In this document: piece after piece, positions 55,231 through 64,000 of the stretch
Numbering within the stretch: the stretch's first letter is position 1
How the letters are laid out: every line of letters starts with the position of its first letter
Notes under the pieces: model-generated
Told to the model about the DNA's origin: nothing
Databases searched by the model: none
What the model saw: the letters and a program-made list of their open reading frames with translations, nothing else
Origin: a virus
IMG/VR virus record: IMGVR_UViG_3300025168_000034
Span: 1-64,000 of that record
DNA: 64,000 nt
Direction: 5' to 3' (one strand)
Translations under genes and position numbers: made by a program

Positions 55231-57201
55231 TTATTTTGTAGTATATGTAATAACATAAGTTGATTTTCCAGATGTAACAGTTAGTGTATTGTTGGTAAAC
55301 TGTGCTGTGGTTGATAGAGTTTCTAGACCATTAGTTAATCTAAATGGTCCATTTGGAGATGTTTCTGCATCAGTTGCAGTAAGTGTAATGGTTGTTTTTG
55401 AAGCGTATTGTAAAGTTCTTGTTCCCAACTGAACCTTGTTAGTCATTGTTACAGTTTCTCCACCATTTTCCGTTAGTTGATATGTACCACTACTAGCTAT
55501 GTGATGCGTATCAAAACTATTAATTTGAAATCTTCGAGCCGCATCTTTACTAGATATATTAGTCCATTGAGCTTCATTAGTAAAATCAGCAATATGTGCT
55601 GTTAATGTTTTCGAACCTCCCTGAGGAGTTATTGAATATTCATATCTACTTGTTGATGAATTATATGCTATTTCATAATTAGTACTTCCAAGCTTGCTAC
55701 TCAGTGTAGCAGATGTAGATGTTTGATTTGCTGCTATTGAAGCTGTAAATGGTTGTATAGGTGCAGTTGCCCATTGTTTTCCATCATACTCTTGTAACGT
55801 ATAACTACTTGCAGTTGGTAAATATTTTGCTTCGTCTTTTAATTCAGATGATAATACTTGGAATCCAGGATTAGCCAATGTTATTTCATACACTTTACCG
55901 GCTGATGCCGTAACTTGTGTTGCTATGATAGTTGGTGCTGCTTTTGGAAAAGTAGCTGCTACTGTTGGATTAAATGGTCCAGACTCATTGTTTAAGAATT
56001 GTCCTCTTCTTATTTCAGTTCCTACTACAAACATTTGACCTGGGGCTTCTTTAAATTCAAGCGTAACAACATCTTCACCTTTTTCTTGCATTGTGTAAGT
56101 CATTCCACCTAATTGAAAAAATTCACGAGAAGGTTTTTTAGATGTATTAGCATCTGTTTCATTTGCTTTGCCATCTTCTATTTGAGCTAAACTACTTTGT
56201 TGGGTTTCTATTAATTCAAATACAGGAACAAATCCAGCTGATGCACCTTGTGCTAATCTATCTGCTTGTACAGCATAATCTTCTTTTACGCCTCTGTTAA
56301 CTGCTTGGATTTGGGTCGTTAAGTAGTTAGCATTATATAATTCAGATCTTGATAACTCACCTAATTGTTCACGTACACTGTTTAGTGATGATTTGATAGT
56401 TCGTCTAGCCGAGGTATCAAGACTACCAGTTGTTGTCCAAGCATTACCATCAGGAAGTTTAACTTTATCGAAAAGAGTTTCAGGATCAATTTCGGTTTTA
56501 GCTCCTCTTGTACTTTGTATTTGTCGAGCTATAGATTTATATCCTTCTACCTTTGCATTATTAGTTGTAAAGTTTGTAGAGTCTGCTCCTTTTACTGCAC
56601 TACCTACCATCTCGGTAACACTCTCTAAATAGGTTGCTATTGATTGAGCTGCTACTGCTGCTTGACTGTCAGCTAGTATGGATTCTGCTACGTAGTCTTT
56701 GTTGAGCATTACATCTTTATCTGCTACATCTAACTCTACTCCAAACAATGTGCTTGAGCTAACAAATAAAAGATCAATAGCTGTGTCAACAGTTAGGTTT
56801 GTATCTTCTTCTTTGAGGTGAAATGCTAATGTGGTTAATGGAGAAACTGTTGAGTATTCTGCAAAGCCTTTTAATTCACCAGTGAATGCTACTCCGGTAA
56901 TTGCATCGGTTCCTCCAATCACTGTTATTTCTTCAGTTGGAATTCCAGGTAAGGTGAATCGACCAGCGTTGTCTGTTACAGCATTTCCGGTTCCTGGAGA
57001 AGATACGGTTGCTCCTGATAAGGGTCCATCAGATGCATTACCACTAAATCCAACTCCTCCTGCAGCTCCGCCATACATGGCTTGGATTGCTTGAAGGTCA
57101 AGTAATTGTTTAGAGTTTTCTAAAAGGAATCTAGCCTTTTGTTCTCTAAGAGTTAGTTTTGTATTTTCTGGATTGCTTATAAATTGCTGCCATGTAATCA
57201 T
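55231..57201 (-). CDS. large Thr/Ser-rich surface or virion protein
   Basis: DGPLSGATV...TDNAGRF...GGTDAITG...VSPLTTL resembles an N-terminal domain of bacterial surface proteins; beta-rich C-terminus; class C motif upstream. Confidence 0.7.
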   Translation of the reverse strand: MITWQQFISNPENTKLTLREQKARFLLENSKQLLDLQAIQAMYGGAAGGVGFSGNASDGPLSGATVSSPGTGNAVTDNAGRFTLPGIPTEEITVIGGTDAITGVAFTGELKGFAEYSTVSPLTTLAFHLKEEDTNLTVDTAIDLLFVSSSTLFGVELDVADKDVMLNKDYVAESILADSQAAVAAQSIATYLESVTEMVGSAVKGADSTNFTTNNAKVEGYKSIARQIQSTRGAKTEIDPETLFDKVKLPDGNAWTTTGSLDTSARRTIKSSLNSVREQLGELSRSELYNANYLTTQIQAVNRGVKEDYAVQADRLAQGASAGFVPVFELIETQQSSLAQIEDGKANETDANTSKKPSREFFQLGGMTYTMQEKGEDVVTLEFKEAPGQMFVVGTEIRRGQFLNNESGPFNPTVAATFPKAAPTIIATQVTASAGKVYEITLANPGFQVLSSELKDEAKYLPTASSYTLQEYDGKQWATAPIQPFTASIAANQTSTSATLSSKLGSTNYEIAYNSSTSRYEYSITPQGGSKTLTAHIADFTNEAQWTNISSKDAARRFQINSFDTHHIASSGTYQLTENGGETVTMTNKVQLGTRTLQYASKTTITLTATDAETSPNGPFRLTNGLETLSTTAQFTNNTLTVTSGKSTYVITYTTK

Positions 57202-57321
57202 ATGATCAAGTTCTTTCTTATAAATAGTCAGATGTTAATCTTCTTTGCCTAAATATTGTAAGCCAATAGCTAAAACAATAAGACATATAGCTGTTGGTAT
57301 AAGTACATCCATGCATATAAA

Positions 57322-57354
57322 TAGAGCCTTATATTAGGAAAACATAAGGCTCTA
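57322..57354 (-). terminator. stem-loop terminator after the deazaguanine module
   Basis: TAGAGCCTTATGTT-TTCCT-AATATAAGGCTCTA (14-bp stem with one G-U) followed by TTTAT. Confidence 0.7.
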
Positions 57355-57361
57355 GTTTGTG

Positions 57362-58174
57362 TTAAAGATCTGCTCGCAGCAGTTCTGGGATTCTGCATTG
57401 TAATCCTAAGAAAGCTATATTCTTTTCGATTAAGCTAAAGTCAATATCAGCAGGATTACTCAGATCAAACTCCTCCAAAAAGTTGTGAGGTGTTGGAGTT
57501 CTTGTCTCGTGATCCATACTAAAGTCTTGACCATGTACAGCTGCTAATACTGGATACACTGAATCTGTACTTCTCATCATCGCATGATCATAGTAAGCAA
57601 ACTCAGTTGGATCTCCTTGGCCTAGACAATGAATAGGCTTCTTGAGTAAATCTTTCTTTTTGAGATAATCGTAACACGCATGACGTGCCTCTTTGATTCC
57701 TTGATCATCTTCAAAATCATCAAGCCATGCATTAGGTACTGCTATTTTTGATAAGCCAATTACCTTAACCCAATTCTTATCTATACCCCACTGATAAGCT
57801 TCAATCCAATCCTCTTTAGTTTGTCCTTGAGGACAGAAGAAGATATCGATATTGTCAGATAATCCTTCTGCATCCATTCTTGCTTTGAAGTTTGTTGCAT
57901 TAGCAATTGTAGCTTGTTTGTCAAACAACACATCAGGTGCAATCACTTCATTTGGCATAAGCACTTTGCAGATACCAATCAACACATCTTCAGTAACTAA
58001 TGCTCTTTCAGCTGCGCTATTGTCAAGTGTTATAAATTTACCTTGCTCTTTTTGTTCGAGAATAAACTTTCTGTATTCTGGAAACTGTACCCATAAGTGT
58101 GCAAGAGCAAATATTCTATCTCCGAGCTTCATTGGCTCGAGGTTGCTTACAGGTGATATTACGTAATAATCCAT
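57362..58174 (-). CDS. dpdA: TGT-fold 7-deazaguanine transglycosylase-like protein (DpdA-like, short)
   Basis: LDNSA, APDV, PQG, IGLS, IHCLG and RSTDS motifs map onto the TGT barrel; next to folE and que genes. Confidence 0.65.
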   Translation of the reverse strand: MDYYVISPVSNLEPMKLGDRIFALAHLWVQFPEYRKFILEQKEQGKFITLDNSAAERALVTEDVLIGICKVLMPNEVIAPDVLFDKQATIANATNFKARMDAEGLSDNIDIFFCPQGQTKEDWIEAYQWGIDKNWVKVIGLSKIAVPNAWLDDFEDDQGIKEARHACYDYLKKKDLLKKPIHCLGQGDPTEFAYYDHAMMRSTDSVYPVLAAVHGQDFSMDHETRTPTPHNFLEEFDLSNPADIDFSLIEKNIAFLGLQCRIPELLRADL

Positions 58175-58175
58175 A

Positions 58176-58817
58176 TTATGTTCTACTTTGATCTATTAAT
58201 TGAAAAAATTCTTGTCTTGTTCCTATCTCATTTGTCCAGAAGTATCCAGACATTTGTGATGTCTTCATTACTGAGTCTTGTTTGATACCTCTACACTTCA
58301 CACAGTTGTGTTGTGATTCAACTACCACAGCTACACCTCTGTTTCCTACACATAACTTATCAACGTGATCGTGAATTTGCTTTGTTAAGCTTTCTTGTAT
58401 GTTTGGTCTACGAGAATAAAAATCTACAATACGATTAAGCTTACTCAAACCAACTACTAGATCCTCCTTCTCTTTACCTGGTATGTAAGCTACATGAGCT
58501 ACTCCTGAGAAAGTTAAGTTATGGTGTGCACACATACTCATTACTGGAATACGTGTTTGGCATATTAATCCGGTGTAGCCTTCGTCGTTAGGGAATGCAG
58601 TTACTTCAGGTGCTGGATTGATGGATCCTGCAATAAGATCATTAACCCATGCTTTCGCTACACGGTGAGGTGTACGATCGCTATGAGGATCAGCTTTCCA
58701 ATCAAAACCTAACGCTTCTAAAAATCCACCATAATACTCAGCAGCCTTTTTTATCATCTGCTCCTTCTCTTCGTTTGTACGAGGAAGATTCCCGTTCGCT
58801 TTTTTAATTAATTTCAT
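58176..58817 (-). CDS. folE: GTP cyclohydrolase I
   Basis: TPHRVAK, SMCAHH, VGLSKLNR, IQESLT, HNCVKCRG. Confidence 0.97.
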   Translation of the reverse strand: MKLIKKANGNLPRTNEEKEQMIKKAAEYYGGFLEALGFDWKADPHSDRTPHRVAKAWVNDLIAGSINPAPEVTAFPNDEGYTGLICQTRIPVMSMCAHHNLTFSGVAHVAYIPGKEKEDLVVGLSKLNRIVDFYSRRPNIQESLTKQIHDHVDKLCVGNRGVAVVVESQHNCVKCRGIKQDSVMKTSQMSGYFWTNEIGTRQEFFQLIDQSRT

Positions 58818-58820
58818 ATA

Positions 58821-59297
58821 TTAATTGTTGTTTATAATTTCTAATCGTTCTTCAAATATACTAAAAATCTTTTGACATTCCAACTCTATTGGTTTATTAT
58901 CTGCAACCTCAAAAGATTCAGTATCTTTGATATCGTCACGACGTTCATAACGCACTTTTCGTATGTGTTCGGATGTGTTTAACCATATTAGATGAGAGTC
59001 GGGATACCACTCAAGAATTTTATCTACGATTGTAGATTGTCTTATCCCATCTACAATAATAGGTCTTCTCTTAATGATACCTTTCTCCACACAAGTTGTT
59101 ATAGCATCTAACACTCCAACAACCTCTTCCGCAATACGCTCATCTAAATGTAGTGAGTTTTGTAACTTTGTTCGATCCTCACTTTTTATCAAATCCTTAA
59201 CAATGTTAGATACCGATATTCTGTAAGATGTTGATGCTTGAAACGAACTCTTCCCACTACATATACGTCCAAATAATAATATAACTTCTGCTTTCAT
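58821..59297 (-). CDS. P-loop nucleotide/nucleoside monophosphate kinase-like protein
   Basis: GRICSGKS Walker A, IIVDGIR, RxxRYxxR lid; start re-assigned to MKAEV (ATGA overlap). Confidence 0.75.
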   Translation of the reverse strand: MKAEVILLFGRICSGKSSFQASTSYRISVSNIVKDLIKSEDRTKLQNSLHLDERIAEEVVGVLDAITTCVEKGIIKRRPIIVDGIRQSTIVDKILEWYPDSHLIWLNTSEHIRKVRYERRDDIKDTESFEVADNKPIELECQKIFSIFEERLEIINNN

Positions 59298-59635
59298 ATC
59301 TCTACAATTCCAAAAAATTCTCCATCCTCTGACACAGTGCATCGACAAAGACCAAAATAGTTTAACAAATCCTCCGCTATCATCTCACAGCTCATTCCTC
59401 CAAAGTTGCAACATCCATATGCTCCATCGTACCAAGTCTTAGCAATATATTTTTTAAGCTTATGTTTAAAATCTATAAACTCAATGTCTCTATCACCATG
59501 TGACACTTCTGCTCTACAACTTATCTGGAATGTGTGTCTGTGTAAATGTTTTAAATACTCAACATTTGGTAGTGGACAATCTTTCCACTGATGCAATCCT
59601 TCTACATCAACTCTTACCTCTATATATTTTTTCAT
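59294..59635 (-). CDS. dpdL: QueD-paralog T-fold protein (DpdL-like)
   Basis: GLH.W, LKHLHRHTF (LxxxHRHxF), DRDIEF, SCEMIA, VSEDGE. Confidence 0.65.
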   Translation of the reverse strand: MKKYIEVRVDVEGLHQWKDCPLPNVEYLKHLHRHTFQISCRAEVSHGDRDIEFIDFKHKLKKYIAKTWYDGAYGCCNFGGMSCEMIAEDLLNYFGLCRCTVSEDGEFFGIVEI

Positions 59636-59675
59636 AATTCTAATATACGGCTTTTATTGCAAAGATACAACTTTA

Positions 59676-59879
59676 TTAGTCTTCAATTAATTCTGGTTCT
59701 TCTTCGCTCTCTAAACACTTATCTCTTGCTAGATCCCAATCGAAGTCAAACTCCCCCTCGTAATATGCTTCTAAAAAGCTTTCTTTATCTTTCTTGTAGT
59801 GAGCTAACTGTTCTTCAGTCAACTCCACCTCTTCCCATCTGTAGTCCGTATATGTGACTAGCTTTCGTAACTTTGCCAT
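59676..59879 (-). CDS. small acidic hypothetical protein
   Basis: probable start MAKLRK just after the upstream gene stop. Confidence 0.55.
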   Translation of the reverse strand: MAKLRKLVTYTDYRWEEVELTEEQLAHYKKDKESFLEAYYEGEFDFDWDLARDKCLESEEEPELIED

Positions 59880-59880
59880 A

Positions 59881-60363
59881 CTACTTTTTGTCTTTGTCTT
59901 TTTGCCATTGACCATCGTACAACTCTGCTTCTGCATTCTCCATCATAATGATCTGAGCTACTCTAGCACCTTTTTCTAAAACAATAGTTTCAGTAGCTAT
60001 AAGCATACCACCCATCTCATCTACCTCAAATCCTGGATCGTAAACTCCTGATGTGATAACACCTCCTGATCTTAGAACAGAGGACCTATGCCTAATAAAA
60101 GCTGTGTGTTTGTCATCCAACTTACATCCTTGTTCAAAGGTGAGTGAATAGGTACCTGGTTCTAGTTGATATAGAAACTTACCATCATCATTAATGAATG
60201 GTGTAACTTCATCGTAATCAAATACAGTGGTTTTATCTTTCATAACCATACCACCATTTACTTTATTTATTGACTTTAAGGTTAAGTCATAACCAACTTG
60301 CGCTTTCTTTCCTTTGTCTTTTGTATCAAGCAAGGAAGCGACTCCATCTGCATTTAGTAACAT
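59881..60363 (-). CDS. trimeric dUTPase/dCTP-deaminase family protein
   Basis: GYDL, RSS, GVYDPGF, GARVAQ, YDGQWQ. Confidence 0.85.
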   Translation of the reverse strand: MLLNADGVASLLDTKDKGKKAQVGYDLTLKSINKVNGGMVMKDKTTVFDYDEVTPFINDDGKFLYQLEPGTYSLTFEQGCKLDDKHTAFIRHRSSVLRSGGVITSGVYDPGFEVDEMGGMLIATETIVLEKGARVAQIIMMENAEAELYDGQWQKDKDKK

Positions 60364-60705
60364 ATTTGTATCTTATTTGTTTTGTGTATTAATACTTCTT
60401 TTTAAAACTGCAGCAATTAATAACATTGCTCCTCCTATTACCAACGCATGCATAAGAGTTGGTGATCCTTCATACTGACAACACTGCTCTCCGCATGCTC
60501 CCATAGTGTGTTTAATTAAATCTGTGTTCATATTATTTGGTTTTATTTGTATTAATATACGGTTTATTATTCTATTTTCCTAATTCTTTTATCTTTTCTT
60601 TAAGCTCATCAATCATTGCTTGAACCTCATCAGGCTCCATTGTAATAGCACAGCATGTGCCAACGTGTTCTGATATCTCTTCTAGTAACTCTAAAGCTTC
60701 TTCCA

Positions 60706-61563
60706 TCACACTCCTCGTTCTGTATCGAATGCTATGATGTGATCTCTACCAGTCATATTGTATCCCTCTCTTTCGCACATTCTGAATACTTTGGGATACA
60801 TTTCGATTAGTGTTACTCTCGTATCTCCGGCTGGCATCATATATGTCTTGTCTTTTGGAATATTCATCTCAACTCTGAAAGCTTCGATCTCCTCTAAGTT
60901 TTTATCTGTACCGTCCCATACTGGTTTGAAGTGATAGTCTGTGTGATAGTCTAAAGTCTTACGCATTGCGTCGTAATTCATTCTCAACTTGTTGTGTTGT
61001 TTTATCATACGCTCATCCGTTTCTTTACCAGATGGCGTCTTAGCGCCCAAAACGGGAACACTATTACTAAACTTAGGGCTAAGACTAATAAGCCCAATAG
61101 GATGATCAGTTGGTAAAAAGTGACTACCTTCAGTTTCAATAGTGATAAGAATACCTCTTTCATTTGCAAAGTGTGTTAATTCGTTTACTAGAGCTGGATG
61201 CATTGTTGGTGATCCTCCAGTTAACATCATTTCTTTTACGTGAGGATTGTCGTCATAAATTTTAATAATGTCGTTGAAGTTGAATGTACCTTTCTCTGGA
61301 TGAATACTTGTGTACCAAGAATCACACCATCCACCCTCACCAAAGTAACATCTGTGAGTACATCCAGTTGTTCTTACTGCAATAGTAGGTCTTCCGAATC
61401 TACTACCTTCAGACTGAACACATCTGTAAACTTCCACTATAGGTAGTACTTTATCGTAATTCTCAATACGTTTTAGTTGCTTTTCTTTTGTTGCTTGATA
61501 AGGTTTGTTCCTATCAAAATCGTAGTAATGCTTTGAGTGTTTTCTTGTGTCTTGCATGCTCAT
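60706..61563 (-). CDS. queE: 7-carboxy-7-deazaguanine synthase (radical SAM)
   Basis: VQSEG, RTTGCTHRC...WCDS, LTGGSP, IETEG, SLSPK. Confidence 0.92.
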   Translation of the reverse strand: MSMQDTRKHSKHYYDFDRNKPYQATKEKQLKRIENYDKVLPIVEVYRCVQSEGSRFGRPTIAVRTTGCTHRCYFGEGGWCDSWYTSIHPEKGTFNFNDIIKIYDDNPHVKEMMLTGGSPTMHPALVNELTHFANERGILITIETEGSHFLPTDHPIGLISLSPKFSNSVPVLGAKTPSGKETDERMIKQHNKLRMNYDAMRKTLDYHTDYHFKPVWDGTDKNLEEIEAFRVEMNIPKDKTYMMPAGDTRVTLIEMYPKVFRMCEREGYNMTGRDHIIAFDTERGV

Positions 61564-61566
61564 AAA

Positions 61567-61812
61567 TTAAAATGGTAAGTCATCAACCTTTGGTTCTGGT
61601 CTCTTTGGTGTATCTGGCTTTGGTGCAGGAGGGTTAAAATAGCTGTCTAAGAATTGTTTTGGATACATTAGTATCTTTCCTTCGTATGTAGGATTCTGTA
61701 TTTCTTTGCTTTCAATGCGTACACCTTGCTTAAACGCTTCTTCTGCAACTTTCTTACCTAGCTCTGCTCCTGCAGCTCTGTTTAAGTAATCGTATAATGA
61801 TAACATCTCCAT
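61567..61812 (-). CDS. hypothetical protein with DDLPF tail
   Basis: SLYDYL...YEGKILMYP; acidic-LPF C-terminus as in SSB tails. Confidence 0.65.
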   Translation of the reverse strand: MEMLSLYDYLNRAAGAELGKKVAEEAFKQGVRIESKEIQNPTYEGKILMYPKQFLDSYFNPPAPKPDTPKRPEPKVDDLPF

Positions 61813-61878
61813 AACTAATCTTTTATGTATTCGTATACAAAATCTATATCACCAAACGTGGTTGTGTATGTCCAATAA

Positions 61879-62346
61879 CTATCCTTCATAGATTGCTGTA
61901 TTTTTCTTGTTCTCAAAAAATTCCACTCTTGCGATACTCACTCTGCCTTCTGTCTCTTCTTGTACAAACGCGTTTAGCTTTTTGTATATAAACTCAGCAA
62001 ATCTCTCAGCGCCTACTGGACCATCCATTTCTCTTAATTGGATGATACCCTCATCATCTGCTTCTTGAAAATGAGTTAAGTATGGATCATCTTTTGCAAT
62101 TACAACTGTATGATCAAACATATAATCCATCCACTCTTTAGGAGACATTCCATCAATCTTAGTATTGGATCTTTTCATTCCTCCAAAGTCCCATACCCAA
62201 TTACGATGATCAAGATCACCCTCGAAGGTTACTTTAAACTCTATTGCATATCCATGTAAGAATCTGCAGTGTGTTGTTGTTGCTTGGTATTGACGAAATA
62301 CTGTACTGAATCCGTCAAAGATTTTTGTTGATTGAAATTTAGGCAT
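61879..62346 (-). CDS. queD: 6-carboxy-5,6,7,8-tetrahydropterin synthase
   Basis: HCRFLHGY, WVWDFG, FDH, GAERFA, ENKKN. Confidence 0.92.
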   Translation of the reverse strand: MPKFQSTKIFDGFSTVFRQYQATTTHCRFLHGYAIEFKVTFEGDLDHRNWVWDFGGMKRSNTKIDGMSPKEWMDYMFDHTVVIAKDDPYLTHFQEADDEGIIQLREMDGPVGAERFAEFIYKKLNAFVQEETEGRVSIARVEFFENKKNTAIYEG

Positions 62347-62794
62347 ATTGTTCTTTTGTTTGTTTACTTATACTACTATACAAAGAATAAAACGATTTTG
62401 CACCTTTTGTGTCCTGATCAAACGCTTCGGATAAACACTTATCCCAAACATCTATCTCAAAGTAATCTATTAATGCTAACTTGAAATCGAGCAAAATGTT
62501 TCCTTCTTCCCAGTTATAATCCTCCATCAGCTTATTATATCGCTTTCGATACCTACGCTCGATGTCTAGGTATCTGTGATCTTGTTCTGGGTTTGTGCCT
62601 TTGTAGGATTCTACAAATGCTTTGAGCTCTCTGTCTCTTGTTTTAAACTCTTCCTCAGCTTGACGTTTGTAGTCAGACTCATCAAAGTCACCATGCTCGA
62701 TCTGTTGTAAGATGAACGGTTTGAGTTTGTGAGCGTGTTTAGGATTTAGCTTCTTCTTTTTTGGATAACGTCTCCACCAATAAAATCTACTCAT
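62339..62794 (-). CDS. hypothetical protein
   Basis: overlapping ORF in the operon; RFYWWRR and IEHGDFD. Confidence 0.65.
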   Translation of the reverse strand: MSRFYWWRRYPKKKKLNPKHAHKLKPFILQQIEHGDFDESDYKRQAEEEFKTRDRELKAFVESYKGTNPEQDHRYLDIERRYRKRYNKLMEDYNWEEGNILLDFKLALIDYFEIDVWDKCLSEAFDQDTKGAKSFYSLYSSISKQTKEQYA

Positions 62795-62978
62795 ATTCTT
62801 CTATTATTTCAGCGTCTTGTATATGTTCACAGAAGTATAGTTTTCCCTCCTTGCGCAATACTAGATTGCACAGCAAATGTTCTTTCATTTCTACTGATGG
62901 AAAGTCGGGGTGATCAGTGAACTTTCGCTTCACTATATATAGTTCCCCTTTATAGTTTATAACCTCTTTATTAAACAT
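62787..62978 (-). CDS. hypothetical protein
   Basis: first gene after the class B site at 62982-63012. Confidence 0.65.
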   Translation of the reverse strand: MFNKEVINYKGELYIVKRKFTDHPDFPSVEMKEHLLCNLVLRKEGKLYFCEHIQDAEIIEEYE

Positions 62979-62981
62979 ACC

Positions 62982-63012
62982 TAAATATACGGAATATTTA
63001 TTAGTAATCCAA
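62982..63012 (-). promoter_or_regulatory. class B promoter-like site
   Basis: TTG-N20-TATATTTA, 3 nt before the ATG. Confidence 0.65.
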
Positions 63013-63016
63013 CTTA

Positions 63017-63925
63017 TTATTCTTCTTTAGATACCTCAGACTCCTTTTGTGGTGCCGCTTTGTATTCTATACGTGGTAACAAGTTACTCGAAAGATTAAA
63101 TACTTCAAAGCCACACTCCTGACTCCACAGATAATCAACTATATCGTTTATGCTTCCTTTTGCGTATATATAATCTCCATTGCTTGGTGCATCTTTTTTT
63201 CCAGCGTCACACGCTATAAAGCCTACAAATTTACTCTTTAAGCCATTGTAGTACTTGATTAAGTTTCCAAGACCCCAATACCTATTAACTTCTAACGGAT
63301 CTTTCCAGTTACATGTTATGTTTGATGGTGGTATCAAATTTGTAGCTTTCATCATGTCAACAACCAAAGCTTCAACCTCAGCTTCATTTCCATCTTCAGC
63401 AGCTTTAGCCAATGCAAAGGGAGCTGTTAATGATTTATCATTGTACATTATTCTAGTACCCTCCTCCAACGCATCTTCTTGCACTTTTCCACCGCTAACA
63501 GTAATGCCAATTTCGTTCAATCTTTTAATAAAATCCTGATTCGTAATGAGATTGACTCCTCCTGATGCTCCCAGCCTTGCACTCCATCCTTTAACTTCGA
63601 GTTCTCCAACTTTGTCAAGCTCTAAATCACCAGCTCCTTTTGGCTTTCTTATGTTTTGATACAATAAAGCCATCATAATCTCAGCCATTCCAACCCCTTT
63701 TACGCCCTCATCTTGTCCAGTATATTTAGACAATATATCGACCAACTCGTCAGTCATTCCAGTTTCCGCAAGGTCTTTTTTGAAGTTACCATAGTGGGAC
63801 TCTGGATTAAAATATTCTTGTTCACCCTTTCCTTTCTTATCTAAATAAGAAATAAATTTACTATACACGGAAGATGGTAGAGCTTTTAACATTTCTTGGA
63901 TTTCTAAGGATATCTTTTTTGGCAT
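63017..63925 (-). CDS. hypothetical protein, possibly PD-(D/E)XK-like (may extend beyond the window)
   Basis: GVGMAE...GDL...ELEVKG resembles a restriction-endonuclease-fold motif. Confidence 0.55.
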   Translation of the reverse strand: MPKKISLEIQEMLKALPSSVYSKFISYLDKKGKGEQEYFNPESHYGNFKKDLAETGMTDELVDILSKYTGQDEGVKGVGMAEIMMALLYQNIRKPKGAGDLELDKVGELEVKGWSARLGASGGVNLITNQDFIKRLNEIGITVSGGKVQEDALEEGTRIMYNDKSLTAPFALAKAAEDGNEAEVEALVVDMMKATNLIPPSNITCNWKDPLEVNRYWGLGNLIKYYNGLKSKFVGFIACDAGKKDAPSNGDYIYAKGSINDIVDYLWSQECGFEVFNLSSNLLPRIEYKAAPQKESEVSKEE

Positions 63926-64000
63926 GTTGTAAACTACATTACCTTTCTTATCTATTTTCTCTTTAAATCCAGTTAGTTTAAATGTCTTTTTGAGTGGATC

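Noticed and set aside
57362-62346. Ordinary tRNA queuosine biosynthesis
   Set aside because: No queC, queF or queA in the window, and the TGT-like protein lacks the DSGG motif and zinc site of bacterial Tgt; not fully excluded without the rest of the genome.
304-63539. All plus-strand ORFs in the supplied track
   Set aside because: They are short antisense shadows of well-supported minus-strand genes, with Ser/Leu/Phe-rich composition and no recognisable motifs.
1-64000. Alternative genetic code (stop-codon reassignment)
   Set aside because: Conserved genes (polA, groEL, gmd, folE) are full length in the standard code, and TAA, TAG and TGA all end genes at expected positions.
1-64000. Bacterial chromosome origin, suggested by groEL and LPS-like genes
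   Set aside because: Single-strand dense small ORFs, phage-type polA/nucleases/endolysin, repeated phage promoter-like motifs and absence of housekeeping operon context indicate a phage.

Overview
This window is a segment of a large, AT-rich dsDNA bacteriophage genome (inferred jumbo/huge phage). Essentially all genes are on the minus strand, densely packed, often with ATGA stop/start overlaps, and read in the standard genetic code. A Bacteroidota (probably flavobacterial) host is suggested by TTG-N20-TATATT(T/A) promoter-like sites, no obvious Shine-Dalgarno sequences and a DUF4494-like gene. In transcription order (right to left): (i) a 7-deazaguanine module (queD, queE, dUTPase/dCTP-deaminase-like, QueD-paralog with LxxxHRHxF, NMP-kinase-like, folE, TGT-fold DpdA-like), with no queC in view; (ii) a 656-aa surface/structural protein and a block of small early-type genes; (iii) a family A DNA polymerase, an OMP-like/lipoprotein pair, hsp20-groES-groEL, nucleases and an M15 peptidase; (iv) a ~22.5 kb glycan island with seven glycosyltransferase genes (including GT10-like and GT29-like domains), gmd-colD-colC, rmlB, a split/minimal TPP E1 pair and a cyclase/isomerase/aminotransferase/cytidylyltransferase set; (v) uvsE and small genes; (vi) an operon of nine unrelated enzymes/effectors that all begin with the same ~10-aa leader M(I)KLKDILxE, behind a distinct GACTATTTATA promoter-like motif; (vii) a vWA/metallopeptidase gene and many small hypothetical genes. 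The most novel-looking signals are the leader-tagged effector array, the possibly pre-replicative deazaguanine system, the unusual CMP-sugar/cyclitol pathway, palindrome-bearing promoters and a gene enclosed by a 19-bp RNA stem. All calls come from motif recognition by eye; no database searches were run.
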